From: Acaryochloris sp. IP29b_bin.148 | GTDB lineage: Bacteria; Cyanobacteriota; Cyanobacteriia; Thermosynechococcales; Thermosynechococcaceae | Length of the DNA stretch: 20,058 nt | NCBI RefSeq assembly: GCF_028285565.1 | Contig: NZ_JANQOY010000021.1 | Location: 1-20,058, forward strand | Direction of reading: 5' to 3' | Shown: positions 16,705 through 20,058 of the stretch, in pieces | Layout of the letters: every line of letters begins with the position of its first letter | Position numbering within the stretch: the first letter of the stretch is position 1 | Made by a program: the position numbers and the translations under genes | The notes under the pieces: model-generated | What the model was told of the DNA's origin: nothing | Database searches by the model: none | The model's input: only the letters and a program-made list of their open reading frames with translations

Positions 16705-17733
16705 TCATCGACAATACTCTCCTGTTTTGACTTCGCCGCCATTGGTGACGGTGCGCGTCTCAAACGCATAACAATTTGGCTTGTCAGTGGGCGTGTAGCG
16801 TATGTAATAAGCCTCACCCTTGTAGGAATAATCCATACTTCGCTGACCTGATGAGTCTTGTGTAAAGATAAGGTTTTGGACCCCGCCCTGCGGCGGCTTA
16901 CCGGGAGCAAGACCCGGCCCACCTTCTGCGGGTACAAGCGGTTGTATGCGGGGTAGCTCGCGGACATCGCCAACAGCACCCATGAGACATTGAATGATAT
17001 ATGGTGCCTTGGCCGAGGTGTGATAGCGATAACCGAATGTTTTATCGGCTTGACCGTTGCAGATGTCTAGCACACCCAAAGCGATGTGCGATCCATCCGG
17101 GTTACTGTCACCATAGATTGGAAACCCATCAAAGGCCCATCCAATAATTGCATCATCGCCCTTATTCTTCATTTGTTCGATCATGCAGACTGGCTTGACG
17201 TGATAGTGATAATCATCGCCCCGCCCTGCATGGCCGCCGCAGACATCAAGCTGCTGGGTTTGCAGCGTATCGTGCCGAGCCTGATGGTGGTTAAGATCGG
17301 CAACAGACATTTCGCCGCCGCCTGTGTAATCAAAGATCGGCACACCGTTCACCGCGACGCCCAGTGCCGCATCACGAGTCTGTGGACTATCACTCAACAT
17401 TGGTCCCAACTGGATTGGTGCAACATAATCCTTCGCGGGTACTGGAACCTGCTCGTTGGTGCCGACTATGCCGGTCATCAGTTCATGATCAGGATAGGTG
17501 GTGGAAGTGAGATGAGCATGGCCTTGATCGCAGCTCACCTTAACCTTGTCGCTAAATCCTGCGTCTTCAACTGAAGCCTTAATGGCCGCACAGCGATCAG
17601 CGACGTCCTGAGGCGTCGGCAAGGCGTCGGCTGCTACATCTTGATCAAGATGTGGCCTCAGTACGATATACAAAAGAGTACTTGCGGCAATGGATACGGT
17701 TACACCAGCAACAAGATTGACACGATTGGTCAT
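16705..17733 (-). CDS. YHYH-motif family protein (PF14240-like), N-terminally membrane-anchored
   Basis: TM anchor VNLVAGVTVSIAASTLLYIVL. Family-typical blocks are GVAVNGVPIFD, DVCGGHAGRGDDYHYHVKPVC, GWAFDGFPIYG and LDICNGQ....GYRYHTS.KAPYIIQC. AGGAG lies 9 nt upstream of the ATG. Confidence 0.85.
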   Translation of the reverse strand: MTNRVNLVAGVTVSIAASTLLYIVLRPHLDQDVAADALPTPQDVADRCAAIKASVEDAGFSDKVKVSCDQGHAHLTSTTYPDHELMTGIVGTNEQVPVPAKDYVAPIQLGPMLSDSPQTRDAALGVAVNGVPIFDYTGGGEMSVADLNHHQARHDTLQTQQLDVCGGHAGRGDDYHYHVKPVCMIEQMKNKGDDAIIGWAFDGFPIYGDSNPDGSHIALGVLDICNGQADKTFGYRYHTSAKAPYIIQCLMGAVGDVRELPRIQPLVPAEGGPGLAPGKPPQGGVQNLIFTQDSSGQRSMDYSYKGEAYYIRYTPTDKPNCYAFETRTVTNGGEVKTGEYCR

Positions 17734-18038
17734 ACTTTGAAATCTCCTACCTTTTCGCTTTCAAAACATCTCTCTGCGAAATTCTGAGTTCGATGTGCAC
17801 AAGGAAACTGAACTTCGTACAGGCCAAGTTTATCCATCGGAATCTGCTCATTCGCCTCAGCATGAGACGTCGATGGCGAACCGTTTTTTTTGCCGGACTC
17901 ACACCGCTGAAGGCGTCGCGAAAAAACCTCCGATATCACGTCAAGTGCATTAGCGATCAGGTCAGTCGACAATCCATGGTCGACTGGAACCGTCTCGTGT
18001 TCGTCGGTAAAGACCATTCCCGTCTGTACTGTAGACAT
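17730..18038 (-). CDS. Hypothetical small acidic cytoplasmic protein, first gene of the minus-strand operon
   Basis: 102-aa ORF. Its stop overlaps the YHYH start in an ATGA (17733-17730), and it carries that gene's RBS in its last codons. No TM, no signal peptide, no family recognised. An overlapping plus-strand ORF (17793..18119) is Arg-rich and less protein-like. Confidence 0.45.
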   Translation of the reverse strand: MSTVQTGMVFTDEHETVPVDHGLSTDLIANALDVISEVFSRRLQRCESGKKNGSPSTSHAEANEQIPMDKLGLYEVQFPCAHRTQNFAERCFESEKVGDFKV

Positions 18039-18431
18039 GCTAAATACGCTGTCTTCACGGCTAGCAATGCAATGATTTGCGTCAAAAGGGAATATCGCAT
18101 CACAAATGACTTGTTCTAACTAACTCTATCCGTCCTAGATATCTTTGATGCTCTTTTTGTCAGCTAGTAATCAACCAAGATTGTGAAGACTTGAGGGATT
18201 TCATTAGATTCATAAAATAATTAACTCACAATTAAAATCTCGTAGAACAAATTGAGTATTTACGATATTCATCGAGCATGCAACATATATTCTGCTTTTG
18301 CATGTGCCAACTAACTAAAATAAATAGGCCATAAGTCATGGGTCTAATGGCTCATATTGCTAAATCTCAAAGTAGATGTTAAGCTCACCAACTATTTCAC
18401 GTCTGATCTACCTGTGCTTAGGCTTGCTCAA

Positions 18432-19730
18432 ATGGCTCAGGACTTGAACCTTCTCTACCAGCGTTACCGCTTAATTGCATTAGCAGTGTATACCGCTGTA
18501 CTCCTAGCAGGTGTCTTAGACTGGGTAGATGGCGGTATTGGACCAAGATCTGTTGTCGAAGCACCAGAATACTTACGTTTTTTGGTTTTTGTAACAATGG
18601 TTCTGGCTTTAATAGGGCTTGAATTGTGGATGGTGGGCAAATCAAGTTTTGCAGCCTCAGACAAGATCGAGCCTATCCCTTTTTCTGTCAAACTGATCTT
18701 GTTTACAGCCGCTTGTTTAGTCACTGACCTTCACTATTCACAAATTCTTTTTTTACCCATCCTTTTATATTGCTACTTAGCAGTCAGTAGGCGCTTGAGT
18801 TATTGCATAGCTCTGTTAGGAGTTATCGCTCTTTTTGGGCTTAATGCAGCCAATATTGGGCATATAAGACCACTACCTCCGCCTTTAGTCAATGGAAATT
18901 CTCCAAAGATGGGTGGACTTGTGGATAGAAGCACAGGCTCACTTATTACATTGTTGTTTACTTTGCTGTTAGCCCAAGCAATGTCACAAGCGATTCAGGC
19001 TCAGCAAAAGCTAACCGGTTTACTGACCTCTCTTGAAGCCTCCCATAAACAACTTCAACATTATTCCAAACATGTTGCTGACTTAGCAGCGACAGAAGAG
19101 CGTAATCGATTAGCGCGTGACATTCATGACAGTCTGGGGCATCACCTGGCAGCTATTAATATTCAACTTGCAAAAGCAAGCGCTTATAAAGAACGAGATC
19201 CTGACCGTGCTTATGAGGCAGTAAAGCACGCGCAACACGCTGTACAAGACGCCTTAAGAGATGTGCGTGAATCGGTTAGTAGTTTACGCCAGGCGGGTTC
19301 ATCGTTTTCATTTCAGGAGTCTCTCAATGATCTAATACGACGAATGGATCATAGTGAACTCGATTTATCACTTAATCAAACCGGGGACAGTTTGCGCTAC
19401 AGCAGGCTTAAACTGATGACCTTATATCGCGTGATTCAGGAAGGATTGACCAACATACACAAACACGCTGGGGCAAGCCAAGCCCATATAGCACTTGATT
19501 TTGGCTCTCACGACATCAATCTAGAACTGACTGACAATGGTTCTGGTTTTGACTCAGTTGCTTGGGAATCTCGAGAAAATCAACAAACAACCCTCGGATT
19601 AATTGGCTTGAAGGAAAGACTAAGTTTAGTGGGTGGGACCCTCTCTATCACGAGTCGGCCTCAAGGGACAAAGCTTTCAGTCAGTATTCCTCAGGACAAT
19701 TCGCAGGCAAGCTTCAGTACGGAAAAATGA
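18432..19730 (+). CDS. Sensor histidine kinase, HisKA_3 (NarX/LiaS/DesK-like) class, with a ~6-TM N-terminal domain
   Basis: About six hydrophobic helices with very short loops over the first ~200 aa. H-box ERNRLARDIHDSLGHHL. HATPase_c blocks QEGLTNIHKHA, DNGSGF and GLIGLKERL. ATG at 18432 preferred; the track TTG at 18357 is possible. Confidence 0.88.
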   Translation: MAQDLNLLYQRYRLIALAVYTAVLLAGVLDWVDGGIGPRSVVEAPEYLRFLVFVTMVLALIGLELWMVGKSSFAASDKIEPIPFSVKLILFTAACLVTDLHYSQILFLPILLYCYLAVSRRLSYCIALLGVIALFGLNAANIGHIRPLPPPLVNGNSPKMGGLVDRSTGSLITLLFTLLLAQAMSQAIQAQQKLTGLLTSLEASHKQLQHYSKHVADLAATEERNRLARDIHDSLGHHLAAINIQLAKASAYKERDPDRAYEAVKHAQHAVQDALRDVRESVSSLRQAGSSFSFQESLNDLIRRMDHSELDLSLNQTGDSLRYSRLKLMTLYRVIQEGLTNIHKHAGASQAHIALDFGSHDINLELTDNGSGFDSVAWESRENQQTTLGLIGLKERLSLVGGTLSITSRPQGTKLSVSIPQDNSQASFSTEK

Positions 19731-19731
19731 T

Positions 19732-20058
19732 ATGACCACTAAGATCCAAGTTTTACTAGTTGATGATCAGTATCTTGTCCGAGAAGGTATTTCCTCTTTA
19801 CTAGAACTCGAAGAGGATGTAGAGGTCGTTGGGATGGCAGCGAATGGTAAAGATGCAATAGAACAAGCTCTCGATCTCAAGCCTAGTATTATTCTCATGG
19901 ATGTGCGGATGCCTGAGATGAATGGCGTTGAAGCAACTGCAAAAATTAGGCAGGCGCTCCCGACTTGCCAAGTGATTATGCTAACGACCTTTGATGACGA
20001 AGAGTTTATTGTACAGTCACTCCTCGCCGGGGCTTGTGGTTATCTAATGAAGGATATT
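19732..20058 (+). CDS. NarL/FixJ-family response regulator, receiver domain only (3' end beyond the window)
   Basis: My own translation; not in the ORF track. MTTKIQVLLVDDQYLVREGISSLLELEEDVEVVGMAANGKDAIEQALDLKPSIILMDVRMPEMNGVEATAKIRQALPTCQVIMLTTFDDEEFIVQSLLAGACGYLMKDI. The ATG lies 2 nt after the kinase stop and the frame stays open to base 20058. Confidence 0.9.
   Translation, partial: MTTKIQVLLVDDQYLVREGISSLLELEEDVEVVGMAANGKDAIEQALDLKPSIILMDVRMPEMNGVEATAKIRQALPTCQVIMLTTFDDEEFIVQSLLAGACGYLMKDI

Noticed and set aside
17086-18119. Plus-strand ORFs 17086..17574 and 17793..18119 opposite the YHYH gene and the small ORF.
   Set aside because: The first is antisense to a motif-rich CDS. The second is Arg/Lys-rich with odd composition and lacks the coupling (ATGA, RBS) that supports the minus-strand reading. 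The 17730..18038 call nevertheless remains only moderately confident.
1-20058. A search by eye for tRNA T-loop signatures (GGTTCGAATCC-like), rRNA and CRISPR repeats in all intergenic spacers.
   Set aside because: I recognised nothing. Spacers of 200-270 nt (4519-4724, 4836-5106, 7785-8035, 8927-9137) could still hold sRNAs, which I cannot identify without covariance models or expression data.

Overview
This looks like a cyanobacterial chromosome segment. The evidence is at least 10 copies of the HIP1 octamer GCGATCGC, plus chlP, petG, ho1 and an rsmH / FtsL-like / ftsI block. Positions 1-15.4 kb are ordinary, tightly packed housekeeping genes: chlP (5' partial), panB, hisH, rsmD, petG (a 36-aa gene missing from the ORF track), a TonB-like proline-rich protein, ho1, rsmH, ftsI, a DCC-family protein, an M16 peptidase homologue lacking HxxEH, a NIL-ferredoxin and a SAM methyltransferase. 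The only mobile-element trace there is a decayed TnpB (IS200/IS605 family) C-terminal relic between the TonB-like gene and ho1. The last ~4.6 kb (15.4-20.06 kb) looks accessory and mosaic, with no HIP1 and shifted base composition. It holds a decayed Phd/YefM antitoxin locus with a possible RelE/ParE toxin stub. It also holds a GC-richer minus-strand operon (small acidic protein, membrane-anchored YHYH-family protein, lipoprotein of unrecognised fold). Divergently, across an AT-rich control region, lies an AT-richer two-component system: a 6-TM HisKA_3 kinase and a NarL-type regulator cut by the window end. That operon plus the two-component system is the best candidate for an uncharacterised system, but no function can be assigned from sequence alone. 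I recognised no rRNA, tRNA or CRISPR array.
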